Source of the DNA: Planctomycetota bacterium
GTDB lineage: Bacteria; Planctomycetota; UBA1135; UBA2386
Length of the DNA stretch: 64,000 bases
Assembly: GCA_947501605.1 (NCBI GenBank)
Contig: CANMWZ010000005.1
Location: 64,001 to 128,000, forward strand
Reading direction: 5' to 3'
This document shows positions 48,733 through 58,218 of the stretch, piece by piece. Each line of letters starts with the position of its first letter. The first letter of the stretch is position 1. The notes under the pieces are model-generated. The model saw nothing but the letters and a program-made list of their open reading frames with translations, ran no database searches and was not told the DNA's origin. Made by a program: the position numbers and the translations under genes.

Positions 48733-49254
48733 TCAGAATGGAGTCTCCAGGGCAAGCACGATCTTCCTGGCAAGATCTTCCACCAGTTCGGTGCGTGCGG
48801 TGCCAAGGTCCTCGCCCAGCGGCGAGCGGAATTCGGCGCGGTCAATGACGGTGCGGTCGACCAGCTGTTTGCCGGTCCGCCGATCGGTCAGGAGGATGCG
48901 GACGACGACTTCCTGGGCCCCTTCGCGCACCGGGGCGCTGGTCCGGTCCCCCGACACCAGGGTCCGTTCGCGTTCCGAGGTGATGCGCAGCTCCAGGATG
49001 GCGTCGGCTGCAGCCGCGGAGCCGGGCAGGAGGTCGGAGGAAACTGACAGCTCGCGGCTCACGGCAGCGCCGAGTTCGACCTCTAGGCGCTGACGAAAGG
49101 TGTCGTTCTCGATCGCGCGCAGATGCACCGTGCGAATGCCGCGCTGGGGCAGGCCGCTGCCGGTGCTGTAGCCGCAACCGGCGACGAGTGCGGTGAGCAG
49201 CATCGCCGCGACAGTCACGCCGACACGAGGCGCAGGACGGTGGCGTGGCCTCAC
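48733..49254 (-). CDS. lptE: LPS assembly lipoprotein LptE-like
   Basis: Lipobox VAGC-GY, IRTV....END.F, LA..IV; GTGA coupling to bamD. Confidence 0.75.
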   Translation of the reverse strand: MRPRHRPAPRVGVTVAAMLLTALVAGCGYSTGSGLPQRGIRTVHLRAIENDTFRQRLEVELGAAVSRELSVSSDLLPGSAAAADAILELRITSERERTLVSGDRTSAPVREGAQEVVVRILLTDRRTGKQLVDRTVIDRAEFRSPLGEDLGTARTELVEDLARKIVLALETPF

Positions 49255-50180
49255 GGTTTGGTGCCTGTTGGCGGGCGCGGTGGCAGTTGCGCTGCCGGCT
49301 TCGGGTCGCCGAGTTCGTGCAACCGTTCGGTGGCGTCATCGGCGGCCCAGGTTCCGGCAAACTCGGAGGCCAGGGCGAGGTGCAGGTGCTCGACCTCGCC
49401 GGGTCGGTTGTCGACGCGTTGGTAGAACGCCGCGATGCTGAGATGGCGTTCTGCCCGCCAGTTGCGCAGGGTCTCCAACGCCACCTCGGCCTGGGCGCGG
49501 TAGTCGGGGTTCTCCGGGTTGCCTTGCAAGTAAACGTCGAGTTCGCGCGACGCGCTCTCCATTCGGTCGAGGTCGTAGTCAGCGCCGCGCAACGACAGGT
49601 AGATGCTCATCGCGAACTGGAAGCGTGCTAGCGGGGCCCACTCGCTCTCGGGGAAACGGCGCAGCAGTTCGCGGTAGCGCTCCTCGGCCAGCTGATAGTC
49701 GCGCTTCTCCAGTGCGAGCTTGCCGAGCAACTGCATGGCTTCTGGAAACTGTGGGCAGTTGGGGTAGCGCGTCGTGAGGTGCTCAAGACAGGTGCGAGCG
49801 CCGCGCTTGTCGGACCAGAAGAACAGAAACCCACCGTCGCTCAGGGCCAGTTGTTGGCCCGCCTCGAACTGAAGCGCGATGGCATCGTTGCGCAGTTCGC
49901 TGTGCGGGTGATTGTCGGCGAACTCACGCAGTGCGAGATACGCCTCCCAAGGATCCTTCTGCTGCAGGTGGATGCGCGCTCGGAGCACCGCGTAACGAGG
50001 TTGCCAGGCTTCGAGAAACGAGGTCTCTTCGTACTCGAAGAGCTGGTCCGCGGCGCCGTCGAGGTCAGAGTCCTCGAGTCGCTGCGCGACCTCCGTCATG
50101 ATTTGCTCGGCGACGGGCGCTTCGACCGGCGGCGCGCTGGCGCAGGCAGCGAGGCTCAGGACCAGGAGCACGCGGAACAT
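49251..50180 (-). CDS. bamD: Outer-membrane assembly lipoprotein BamD-like (TPR)
   Basis: Lipobox LAAC; TPR helices with YP/FP.S turns; AERHLSIAAFY near the C-terminus. Confidence 0.8.
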   Translation of the reverse strand: MFRVLLVLSLAACASAPPVEAPVAEQIMTEVAQRLEDSDLDGAADQLFEYEETSFLEAWQPRYAVLRARIHLQQKDPWEAYLALREFADNHPHSELRNDAIALQFEAGQQLALSDGGFLFFWSDKRGARTCLEHLTTRYPNCPQFPEAMQLLGKLALEKRDYQLAEERYRELLRRFPESEWAPLARFQFAMSIYLSLRGADYDLDRMESASRELDVYLQGNPENPDYRAQAEVALETLRNWRAERHLSIAAFYQRVDNRPGEVEHLHLALASEFAGTWAADDATERLHELGDPKPAAQLPPRPPTGTKP

Positions 50181-50199
50181 CCGCGCACGGTAGTGGGAG

Positions 50200-51003
50200 T
50201 CACGCGCCGGTGTCCACAGCCCGGATGCCGGTCGCTGCTGGCGCGAACACGTGGCGCCGCAGCCGGCAGCGGCGTTCGAGGGCCTGCGCGAGCCAAGCAG
50301 CCGGCAGTGCGGCAGCGCCGGTCGGCACTGGGCCGGGCAGTTCGGGCCAACTGCGGCCCGGCTGATCGCGCAGCACGCGGAGGAACGAGATCGCCCGCTG
50401 ACCGACGGCGCGACGGGGTGAGGCGGCATGAGCGCGGCAGCACAACGCACCCTGCACTTCGCCGCGAAAGGCCTGGGTCACCAGCGCGACTCCGCACTCA
50501 TTGCAGCAGTCGAAGTCCGGCAGCGCGCCGAGATGCGCCAACAACCGCAGCTCGAGCCCGAGGACGACGGTAGGTAGCGCGGTTGCCGGGCAGCGTTCGA
50601 GGAGCGTGAGGCCGCCCTCGATCAGGTCGAAGAGCTCGGGTTCGCCTCGCCCCGGGACGAGGGCGAAGTCACAGATTTCGACGAAGTGGCTGGCGGCGAG
50701 AAACCGAGCCGGCGCCCGCAGCCCGCGGCGTTCGCGCACAAGGTCGGCGCGGACCAGCGTTCGCAGGCCGTCGCGCGCGCCCGAAAGCTGCACTTCGAGG
50801 TCCGACAGGAAGTCGATCCGACCGAGCAGTGGGGAGGTCTCGCGATGAGCACCCTTGGCCAGCGCGTGCACGACACCGTGGTCGCGCAGCAACAGAGCTA
50901 CGATCCGGCTGGTCTCACGGAAATCGAACCGCTTCCAGACCAAGGCACGACCGCGGAAGCCGCGGCCTCTGCCCTCAGGCGTCGCGCTTGGCGGGCTCGT
51001 CAT
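50200..51003 (-). CDS. recO: DNA repair protein RecO
   Basis: F.ETSRIV.LL.RD.G....AKGA.R; ELRLL..LG..P; C..CG...C..H zinc finger. Confidence 0.92.
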   Translation of the reverse strand: MTSPPSATPEGRGRGFRGRALVWKRFDFRETSRIVALLLRDHGVVHALAKGAHRETSPLLGRIDFLSDLEVQLSGARDGLRTLVRADLVRERRGLRAPARFLAASHFVEICDFALVPGRGEPELFDLIEGGLTLLERCPATALPTVVLGLELRLLAHLGALPDFDCCNECGVALVTQAFRGEVQGALCCRAHAASPRRAVGQRAISFLRVLRDQPGRSWPELPGPVPTGAAALPAAWLAQALERRCRLRRHVFAPAATGIRAVDTGA

Positions 51004-52243
51004 TCGGCACCGTCACCCGCAATCGCTCGATGCGGCGATCGTCGCCGACCAGGACCTTGAACTCGACGCCGTCGATCACCAGGGACTCGTCGCGAGCCGG
51101 GATCCGATTGGCGTGGTGGATCACGAAGCCGGCGACGGTCTCCCAGTCGCCATCATCGGGCAGTTCGAGCTCGAGCAGGCGGTTGACTTCGTCGACCGAA
51201 AGGCGCCCCGGGATCTCGACGATGTGACCCCGCTCGACGATCTGCACGAGCTCGGGTTCGACCTCGCCGTCGGCGTCGTATTCGTCGTCGATGTCGCCGA
51301 CGATTTCTTCGAGCACGTCCTCCACGCTGACGAGGCCAGCGGTGGTCCCGTACTCGTCGAGCACGACGGCAAGATGGACCTTGTCCGCTTGCAGGCGACG
51401 CAGCAACTGCGGCACGGGCATCGACTCGGGCACAAACAGCGGTGCGCGGATCATGCTCTGCACCGGCGCGTCACCGGCAGCCTCGGCCTGCAGCAGCCGG
51501 AGGGCGTCCTTGACGAAGAACAGCCCGGTGATCTCGTCGACCTTGTCGAGGTAGACCGGGTAGCGCGAGAAACCCTGCTCGAGGGCCAGTTGGACGGCCG
51601 CGCGCAACGGCGTATCTGCTTGGATCGCCACGATGTCAGGACGCGGAGTCATGATCGTCGATACCTGCAGGTCCTTGAGGCCGACGATGTTGCCGATCCA
51701 AGCCTTCTCCTCGTCTGCGAGGGCATCCTCGTGTACCGAGTCGGACACGGCAGCCATCACTTCTTCGGCGATCTCTTCGGGGTCGTTGCTCGGCTCATTA
51801 CGAATGCGCAGCAAGCGCATGAAGCCGCTGGTCATCGCCAGCACCGGCAGGACCAAAGGCCATCGCAAAACGAGGTGGCCGCCGCGGAGCACCGGCAAGA
51901 TCCGCAGCAGGGTTGCCTCCGCTTGCGCATCGGCGACAGCCGACGGCAGTGAGCCGCACATCAGCAGGGCGAGCACGACCATCGCGCCCAGCGCCCAACC
52001 TTCGCTCTGGGCATCGACGCCTGTCTGCAACGACAGCAAGGCACCAACCAAGCCGCCGACCAAGTAGAAGCGGGCCACGACGCGGTACTCGCGTTCGCGG
52101 GCTTCGAGTTGGTCGACGAGCGCTTCGCCGGCTTCCCCAGGCTGGCGGGTCCTCAGCTTGGTGGGCGAGTACACCGCAAGGCTGCTGGAGCCCAGTGCGC
52201 CCAGAGTCGAGATGCAGAGGCAGCCCAGAGTCAGCGCCAGCAT
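50975..52243 (-). CDS. HlyC/CorC (CNNM-CBS-CorC) family membrane protein
   Basis: TM region, IMTPRPDI, FSRYPVY, VLDEYGTTAGLVSVEDVLEEIVGDIDDEYD, ETVAGFV. Start uncertain (the frame is open further upstream). Confidence 0.9.
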   Translation of the reverse strand: MLALTLGCLCISTLGALGSSSLAVYSPTKLRTRQPGEAGEALVDQLEAREREYRVVARFYLVGGLVGALLSLQTGVDAQSEGWALGAMVVLALLMCGSLPSAVADAQAEATLLRILPVLRGGHLVLRWPLVLPVLAMTSGFMRLLRIRNEPSNDPEEIAEEVMAAVSDSVHEDALADEEKAWIGNIVGLKDLQVSTIMTPRPDIVAIQADTPLRAAVQLALEQGFSRYPVYLDKVDEITGLFFVKDALRLLQAEAAGDAPVQSMIRAPLFVPESMPVPQLLRRLQADKVHLAVVLDEYGTTAGLVSVEDVLEEIVGDIDDEYDADGEVEPELVQIVERGHIVEIPGRLSVDEVNRLLELELPDDGDWETVAGFVIHHANRIPARDESLVIDGVEFKVLVGDDRRIERLRVTVPNDEPAKRDA

Positions 52244-52601
52244 GGCTGGCGAGACGGTTGCTTGCAGGGCCGCCGTGGGCAACTCGCCGCCGAGGCCGCC
52301 AGGAAGCACCGATGCGGAAGCGGCAGTCAGGAGGGCTTTCCGATGTGGCGCGGGCCCGACCGGACGGCCGGACCCGGAAGGACCGTCGGGTTCTGGACTC
52401 GGGCCATCGCCAGCGTCGTCGTCGGCGATGGGGCCGCGGAGAGTCGTGAGGTTATGCAAGGCGGGGGGAGCATAGGTTGGTGCCGCCTGTGGCTCCAGGG
52501 GCTGGGTGGGCCGGCCGCGGGCAGGGCGCGGTGTGGCGTCGATGGCGTGTCGATTTCGGTTCGCCCCACCGGCCAGGGTCGCCCTCAGCCCAAGACCTGG
52601 A

Positions 52602-54458
52602 TCACGCGTCGTCGTCATCGACCGAGAATCGATTGCGGCCCTGCGCCTTCGAGGCGTAGAGCGCCCGGTCGGCGCGCGCCAGAATGCCCTCTGCGGTGTC
52701 GCTGGCGCCGAGCGATGCCTGGCCGATCGAGACCGTGATCGGCAGGTTGACGCTGTGGCCGCGGGCCTCGATCTCGACGAACAAGCGCGCCGCCAGCAGC
52801 GAGGCCTCCTCGGCAGAGGTCTCGGTCAGTAGCACCAAGAACTCTTCGCCGCCGTAGCGGCTGATCGTGTCGGCACGGCGGAGGGTGTGACGCAGGACGC
52901 CGGCGGTCGCCCGCAGGGCGACGTCACCCTGCACGTGCCCGTAGGTGTCGTTCAGCTTCTTGAACTGATCGAGGTCGATCATCAGCACTGTCAGGTCGGT
53001 GTCGCTGCGCCGCGCGCGCGCGATGGCCTGATCGAGCGTTGCGATGCCCATGCGGCGGTTCCACAGGCGCGTGAGTGGGTCGACCAACGCCGACTGCGCT
53101 GAGCGGCGCGCGCGGCGGTCGAGCAGGAGGTTCTCGACGCGCATGCCGGTCGTCACCGCGAGCATCGTCAGCAGCTCGCTCGAACGTTCGGCCTGCACCG
53201 AGCGTCCGGAGATCGTGCGGTCGACGAGGAGGAACGACGGGGTGTGGAACTTGCGGTTGATCGGGACGACCAGCGCCTCGTTCGCGCCGATCCCGGCGAG
53301 CAGGCCGTCGCGTTCGCCGGCGGCCGCCAGCAGGACCGGTCGGCAGGCATGCAGCGCATCATGCAGCGCCGATTGGTCGGCCGGCGTGAGGCGAATGCTG
53401 TGGCGCAGCAGCGGAGCATCCCCGGAGGCTCCCGGCTGCTGGATCACCAAGGCGCCGGTTTTTCGAATCCAGTGCCCGACCATCGCGCGGTCGTAGTCGA
53501 GCACTGTAGTGGCGGTTTCGGCGCTGGCCGCGAGCGCGGCGCGGTAATCAGGGATCGGCCGGTCGCCGCCGAGCACGCGCAGGGCTAGGCGCGCGGCGTC
53601 GATGCAGGCTAGTTCGCCTTGGGCTTCGGCCGCTGTCGCGAAGTCGATCCCCGAATCGGCCGACGAGTCGGGTTCACGGCCCACGCCGTCGAGGTCGATT
53701 CCGATCGCGCGCAGATCGGCCGCAACGCTGTCGCGCAGCACCGAGCCGATCGCCGCCGCGCTGCGTTGCGCGAGTTGTTGCACGGCGTGGTCGGGTTCGG
53801 AAAGGCGCCCTGGGTGGGTGAAGCCTGCGAGTTCGGCCAGCAACTGCGCGGCCAGCAGGATCTGCGTCACTTCCGTCAGCTTCGCACCGGGCCCATCCTC
53901 AATGGCCGCGGCGGCCGCCGCGAGTCGATTGGCGACCGAATCCGGCAAACCCAGTCGGCGCCGGCGTTCGTCCGCGTCGGCCAAGGCGACCGAGTCGGTC
54001 GCCTTTGCCTGTGGTGCGCGCTGCGTGGCGAGCGCGAACCACAGCGGCAAGTCATGCAGCAGGCCGAGCAGGTGTGCTTCCTCTGGTGGCAGCGAGCCCG
54101 TTCCGTGCGCGAGCAGTTCGGCCGCCTTCGCGGTTGCCACGGCGTGGAGCCAGAGTTGGTGCAGCGGACCCGCGTCGACGACGACGCACGGGGGCGCCGA
54201 TGCGACCCGCAGCGCCAGTCGTTCGCCGATGGCTGCGACGATCGTCGCTACCGACCAGGTGTCATCGCTGCGGCCGTAGAGCGGGGCCGCCGCAAGACAC
54301 AGTGCCCGCACGGTGGCCAGTGGATCGACCCGGAGCAAGGTGGCGGCCGTCGGGCTCGGGTGCGCTTCACGCAAGTGCCCGCGACGCAGGTCGCGCATCG
54401 CCAAGATGGACGGCAGGCCCGCGAACGGGTCCGTCGTGCTGGAAAGCAGGGCTGTCAC
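52602..54458 (-). CDS. Diguanylate cyclase with N-terminal HDOD and GAF-like regions
   Basis: DPL..R.L..A, LWLHAVATA, GLLHD (HDOD); DPLTRLWNRR, DLDQFKKLNDTYGH..GD, RxxD I-site, GGEEF. Confidence 0.92.
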   Translation of the reverse strand: MTALLSSTTDPFAGLPSILAMRDLRRGHLREAHPSPTAATLLRVDPLATVRALCLAAAPLYGRSDDTWSVATIVAAIGERLALRVASAPPCVVVDAGPLHQLWLHAVATAKAAELLAHGTGSLPPEEAHLLGLLHDLPLWFALATQRAPQAKATDSVALADADERRRRLGLPDSVANRLAAAAAAIEDGPGAKLTEVTQILLAAQLLAELAGFTHPGRLSEPDHAVQQLAQRSAAAIGSVLRDSVAADLRAIGIDLDGVGREPDSSADSGIDFATAAEAQGELACIDAARLALRVLGGDRPIPDYRAALAASAETATTVLDYDRAMVGHWIRKTGALVIQQPGASGDAPLLRHSIRLTPADQSALHDALHACRPVLLAAAGERDGLLAGIGANEALVVPINRKFHTPSFLLVDRTISGRSVQAERSSELLTMLAVTTGMRVENLLLDRRARRSAQSALVDPLTRLWNRRMGIATLDQAIARARRSDTDLTVLMIDLDQFKKLNDTYGHVQGDVALRATAGVLRHTLRRADTISRYGGEEFLVLLTETSAEEASLLAARLFVEIEARGHSVNLPITVSIGQASLGASDTAEGILARADRALYASKAQGRNRFSVDDDDA

Positions 54459-54766
54459 AGGTCGCTCTCGGTCCTGTTCGGCTCCGCACGGCGGTGCGCT
54501 CAAGTCGATATGACGACGGCCGCGGCAGGCCGCGCCGCGATCGGACCGCAGCTTCCGTCGCATTCTCTAGAGCACCGATAAGAGGCGACGAAGTAACGGT
54601 TTGAGGCAGTCCTGTGTGGGGTTTCTGGGCACTCCCCGTGGCTTTGGCCCAGGCTTCGCTTGGAGCGGGCGCCATGACCCCCGCCGCGATGCTCCGCGTT
54701 CCCGAATCCGCCGTAGCTGGACCGGTATCCCGAGCCGAGACGTTGCTCGTTGTGCGAGGTCGCACG

Positions 54767-55447
54767 ATGGCAGAGATTCCCGGCTCGGCTGCGCCCCTGT
54801 GCCGTGAGTCGGCGCTGGCGACGTTGCTGATGGACGAGTTCCGTTGCACTCGCGACCGCGATGTGTTCGAGGCCTTGGTCGCGCTGGTCGCGCCCCAGCT
54901 GTTCGCTCGGGTTCGTCGCAAGCTGCGGACGCTCGACGCCGGCTTTGACCCACACGAGTTGCTGCAGGACGCGATCATCAACATCTACCGCTATCCCGAC
55001 CGCTTCGAGGCATCGCGCCCCGGCGCGTTTGCGGCGTGGTCGACCACGATCGTGGATAACGCGATCCGTCGCCAACTGCGCCAGCGCCGGTCGGGGGTGC
55101 CGCTGTGCCTGAGTCCGACCGAAGTGCTGACTCAGCACGCGTGCGATGGTTCGCTCGCACCCGACCAGCAGGCGCAGGATCACGAGGAATGCCAGCAGAC
55201 AGGTGCCGCCTTCGGGCTCCTGCTGCAGATCTACCTGCAGGCCTTCGCGCACCTCAGCGACCGCGAGCGCTACGTGCTCGAGCAGGTTGAAGTGCACCAG
55301 TTGCGCTACGCCGAGGTCGCGGCGCAACTCGGCGTCCGCCATGAGGCCGTCAAGATGGTGGTGTTCCGCGCCAGGAAGCGCGTGCACGACCGCATCGGCG
55401 CCTGGCTCGGTGCGGCGCTCGGCCACGCGGTCGAAGCTGCCGCCTGA
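54767..55447 (+). CDS. ECF RNA polymerase sigma factor
   Basis: ELLQD (sigma2), F.AW...I..N, LSDRERYVL, Y.EVAAQLG....AVK...FRARKR (sigma4). Start uncertain (54674-54767). Confidence 0.88.
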   Translation: MAEIPGSAAPLCRESALATLLMDEFRCTRDRDVFEALVALVAPQLFARVRRKLRTLDAGFDPHELLQDAIINIYRYPDRFEASRPGAFAAWSTTIVDNAIRRQLRQRRSGVPLCLSPTEVLTQHACDGSLAPDQQAQDHEECQQTGAAFGLLLQIYLQAFAHLSDRERYVLEQVEVHQLRYAEVAAQLGVRHEAVKMVVFRARKRVHDRIGAWLGAALGHAVEAAA

Positions 55448-55511
55448 ACCGCTACCGAGGGTCGCTCTGCGCTTGCACAAGCGCAGCCGATCCCGTCCGC
55501 TGGCCGAGATC

Positions 55512-56834
55512 ATGGCCACGCCGGTCGATCGTCTCTTCGTTCATTGCAAGCAGCTCGTCACCCTGACCGACGGGCCGTTCAGCGGCCCGCGCCGTGGCGC
55601 GGCGATGCAAGCACTCGGTGTGATCGACGACGGTGCCGTGGCCGTGCGTGACGGCTGCATCGTTGCGGTTGGTCCCACTGAGGCGATCGCGCGCGAGTAC
55701 GCCGCCGCCGACGAACTCGACCTGACGGGTTTCGTGGTCACGCCAGGATTCGTCGATTGCCACACGCATCCGGTCTTCGCTCGCACCCGCGAGCGCGAGT
55801 TCCACATGCGCTGCGCTGGGGCGGACTACATGGCGATTGCGCAACAGGGCGGTGGCATTCTCAGCTCGATGCGCGCCGTGCGCGAAACGGGCCTCGACGT
55901 CCTGACCGAGCTCACGACCGAACATCTGTGGGGTTTCCTGCAGCACGGCACCACGACTGTGGAAGCCAAGACCGGCTACGGGCTGTCGCTCCACGACGAA
56001 GAGAAGAGCCTGCGTGCACTCGGTGCGGCGATGGCGCAGGTGCCGTTGCGCTGCAAGCGCACGTTTCTCGGCGCCCACGAGTTCCCGCCGGAGTATCGCG
56101 ACAATCGCGAGGCCTACGTCGAGATCGTCTGCAAGGAGATGATCCCGCGCTTGGCCAAACTCGCGGACTACTGCGACGTCTTCGCCGAGCCGGGGGTATT
56201 CGATCGCGTCCAGTCGTTGCGCGTCCTGTCGGCGGCCCGCGCCGAGGGTCTGCGACTGCGGTTGCACGCCGACGAACTGCAGCCGATGGGTGGGGCAGAG
56301 TTGGCCGTTGAGCTGCGCGCCGACTCGGCCGATCACCTGGGCAAGATCTCGGAGCAAGGAATTGCCGCGATGGCGGCGAGCACGACGACGGCGGTGCTCC
56401 TGCCCGGTACTGGTTTTTTCCTCGGCAAGGACATCTACGCCCCGGCCCGGCGCATGATCGAAGCGGGCTGCATCGTCGCCATTGCGACTGACTTCAACCC
56501 TGGTTCGTGCCACACGCAGTCGATGACTCTGATCCACACCCTGGCGTGTGTGAAGCTCAAGATGACGCCGGCCGAAGTGCTCACTGCCTCGACGATCAAT
56601 GCGGCATTCTCGCTGCAACTCGATCGCGAAGTCGGCACGTTGCACCCGGGCAAGCGCGCCGACCTCGCCGTGCTCGAGCTTCCGAGCTATGAGGCAGTCG
56701 GCTACGCGTTCGGCGGCAACCCGGTGGTGATGACGATCGCCGACGGCGAACCTGTCTGCGTCAACACCAGCGATCGCTCGCCCGACCCGTTCACGGGCTC
56801 GACTCGATCCCGCGCGCCGCGAACCGACGACTGA
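55512..56834 (+). CDS. hutI: Imidazolonepropionase
   Basis: PGFVDCHTHPVF, GGGILSS, GTTTVEAKTGYGL, FLGAH, HADEL, SADHL, ATDFNPGS. Confidence 0.95.
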   Translation: MATPVDRLFVHCKQLVTLTDGPFSGPRRGAAMQALGVIDDGAVAVRDGCIVAVGPTEAIAREYAAADELDLTGFVVTPGFVDCHTHPVFARTREREFHMRCAGADYMAIAQQGGGILSSMRAVRETGLDVLTELTTEHLWGFLQHGTTTVEAKTGYGLSLHDEEKSLRALGAAMAQVPLRCKRTFLGAHEFPPEYRDNREAYVEIVCKEMIPRLAKLADYCDVFAEPGVFDRVQSLRVLSAARAEGLRLRLHADELQPMGGAELAVELRADSADHLGKISEQGIAAMAASTTTAVLLPGTGFFLGKDIYAPARRMIEAGCIVAIATDFNPGSCHTQSMTLIHTLACVKLKMTPAEVLTASTINAAFSLQLDREVGTLHPGKRADLAVLELPSYEAVGYAFGGNPVVMTIADGEPVCVNTSDRSPDPFTGSTRSRAPRTDD

Positions 56835-56835
56835 G

Positions 56836-57348
56836 TCAACTGCGATCGCGGTGCAGCACAAACGCGCCGCGGTCACCGCCGAGGGCCTCCTCTGCGCGCG
56901 CGCCCTCGCTGTCGGCATCAAACGGCGGGATCGACCACTCGCCGCGGAGCACGCAACCGCTGTCGTCGAGTTCCCCGTCATAGAAAACGCGGTGGCCTTC
57001 GAGTTCGGCTGACACCGACGCGTCCCCGAGCAGCAGGGTGAACGAATGGGTGCCGCTGTAGCGCTTGCAGAACGACACTCTGCGGCCGTCGACGTCGCCT
57101 TCGAGCGTCGATTCGGGTGGCAACACGGTCAATACCTCGACTGGCCGCGGCGGCGGTGCGTCGAGACCTTCTTGGTCAGTGGCCAGCTCGTCTTCCGAGA
57201 TCCACATCGTCTCTTCGTCGTGCATGGCGCCCATCAGTGAGTGCCCTTTGTGGACGACACGCATCGAGATCGCATGCTCCTTGCCGTTCTGCACGTAGTG
57301 GCCTTTCCAGGCGCCGGACAGGTCGAACGTGGTCACACAGCAGAGCAT
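56836..57348 (-). CDS. Hypothetical protein (probable small beta-barrel)
   Basis: LSGAWKGHY, F.KRY, V.YDG, L.GEW pattern. Start 57348 or 57336. Confidence 0.65.
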   Translation of the reverse strand: MLCCVTTFDLSGAWKGHYVQNGKEHAISMRVVHKGHSLMGAMHDEETMWISEDELATDQEGLDAPPPRPVEVLTVLPPESTLEGDVDGRRVSFCKRYSGTHSFTLLLGDASVSAELEGHRVFYDGELDDSGCVLRGEWSIPPFDADSEGARAEEALGGDRGAFVLHRDRS

Positions 57349-57367
57349 CCATCGACCGTCGATGGGG

Positions 57368-58135
57368 TCAAGGACCCGCGGCGCGAGCCATTGCCCCGGC
57401 GACTGCGGCTCGCAGCAACGGCTCTTCGACGGCGGTGAGCGCACGCGCGGCGCCAACAGCCAGATCGCCGAGTCCAAGTGGGCCGACGAAACTGCGGTGC
57501 AGTGCCAGTACGCCGGAGCCTATGGCGCGCACCATCTTGCGCACTTGGCGGTTGCGTCCCTCGTGGATGGCGATGCGGATCGAGCACTCGTAGGCCCCGC
57601 GCTCGACCAGTTCGACCTGCGCCGGCAAGGTCGGCCCGGCACCATCGCCGATGTCGAGGCCGAGCCGCATGCGTTCGAGTTGTTCGTCCTGCAGTTGGCC
57701 GGAGCAGCGGACTTCGTAGGTCTTCGGCAGTTTGCTCGCGGGCGCGAGGATGCCCCGTGCCAGTTCGCCGTCGTTGGTGAACAACAGCAGCCCAGTGGTC
57801 TCGAGGTCGAGGCGTCCGATCGGCGCCAACCAGTCGAGGTCTGGCGGCAACAAGTCGCAGACGGTGGGCCGGGCGCGGTGGTCGACGCGCGCGGTCACCA
57901 CCCCGGTCGGTTTGTGCAGCATCCACACCGCGCGCGGACGCGAGCGCAAGAGCTCGCCATCCACTCGCACTACAGCGCAACCGACGTCGATCCACGTGTC
58001 TGGCTCGCGAACGATGGCGCCGTTCACTTCGACGCGCCCCGCTGCCACTGCCGCGCGTGCCTGCGTGCGCGAGCACAAACCGGCGGCAACCAGCACGCGG
58101 TCGATCGACTTGTCGGAGCTCTGAGGCCCTGCCAT
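57368..58135 (-). CDS. RsuA/RluB-family rRNA pseudouridine synthase
   Basis: S4 domain (CSR..A....GRV.VNG), HKP.G, IGRLDLETTGLLLFTNDG, EGRNRQVRKM. Confidence 0.94.
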   Translation of the reverse strand: MAGPQSSDKSIDRVLVAAGLCSRTQARAAVAAGRVEVNGAIVREPDTWIDVGCAVVRVDGELLRSRPRAVWMLHKPTGVVTARVDHRARPTVCDLLPPDLDWLAPIGRLDLETTGLLLFTNDGELARGILAPASKLPKTYEVRCSGQLQDEQLERMRLGLDIGDGAGPTLPAQVELVERGAYECSIRIAIHEGRNRQVRKMVRAIGSGVLALHRSFVGPLGLGDLAVGAARALTAVEEPLLRAAVAGAMARAAGP

Positions 58136-58218
58136 GGCGAGAACGTTGGCCGCTGTCGCCCGGTGGCGCAACCACGCGCGTTGACTTCGCCGCCGCGCGT
58201 TAGCAGCATGGCTCGACC

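Noticed and set aside
50975..52243. 'Hemolysin' as a toxin
   Set aside because: The CNNM-CBS-CorC architecture is a Mg2+/Co2+ transport-related housekeeping family.
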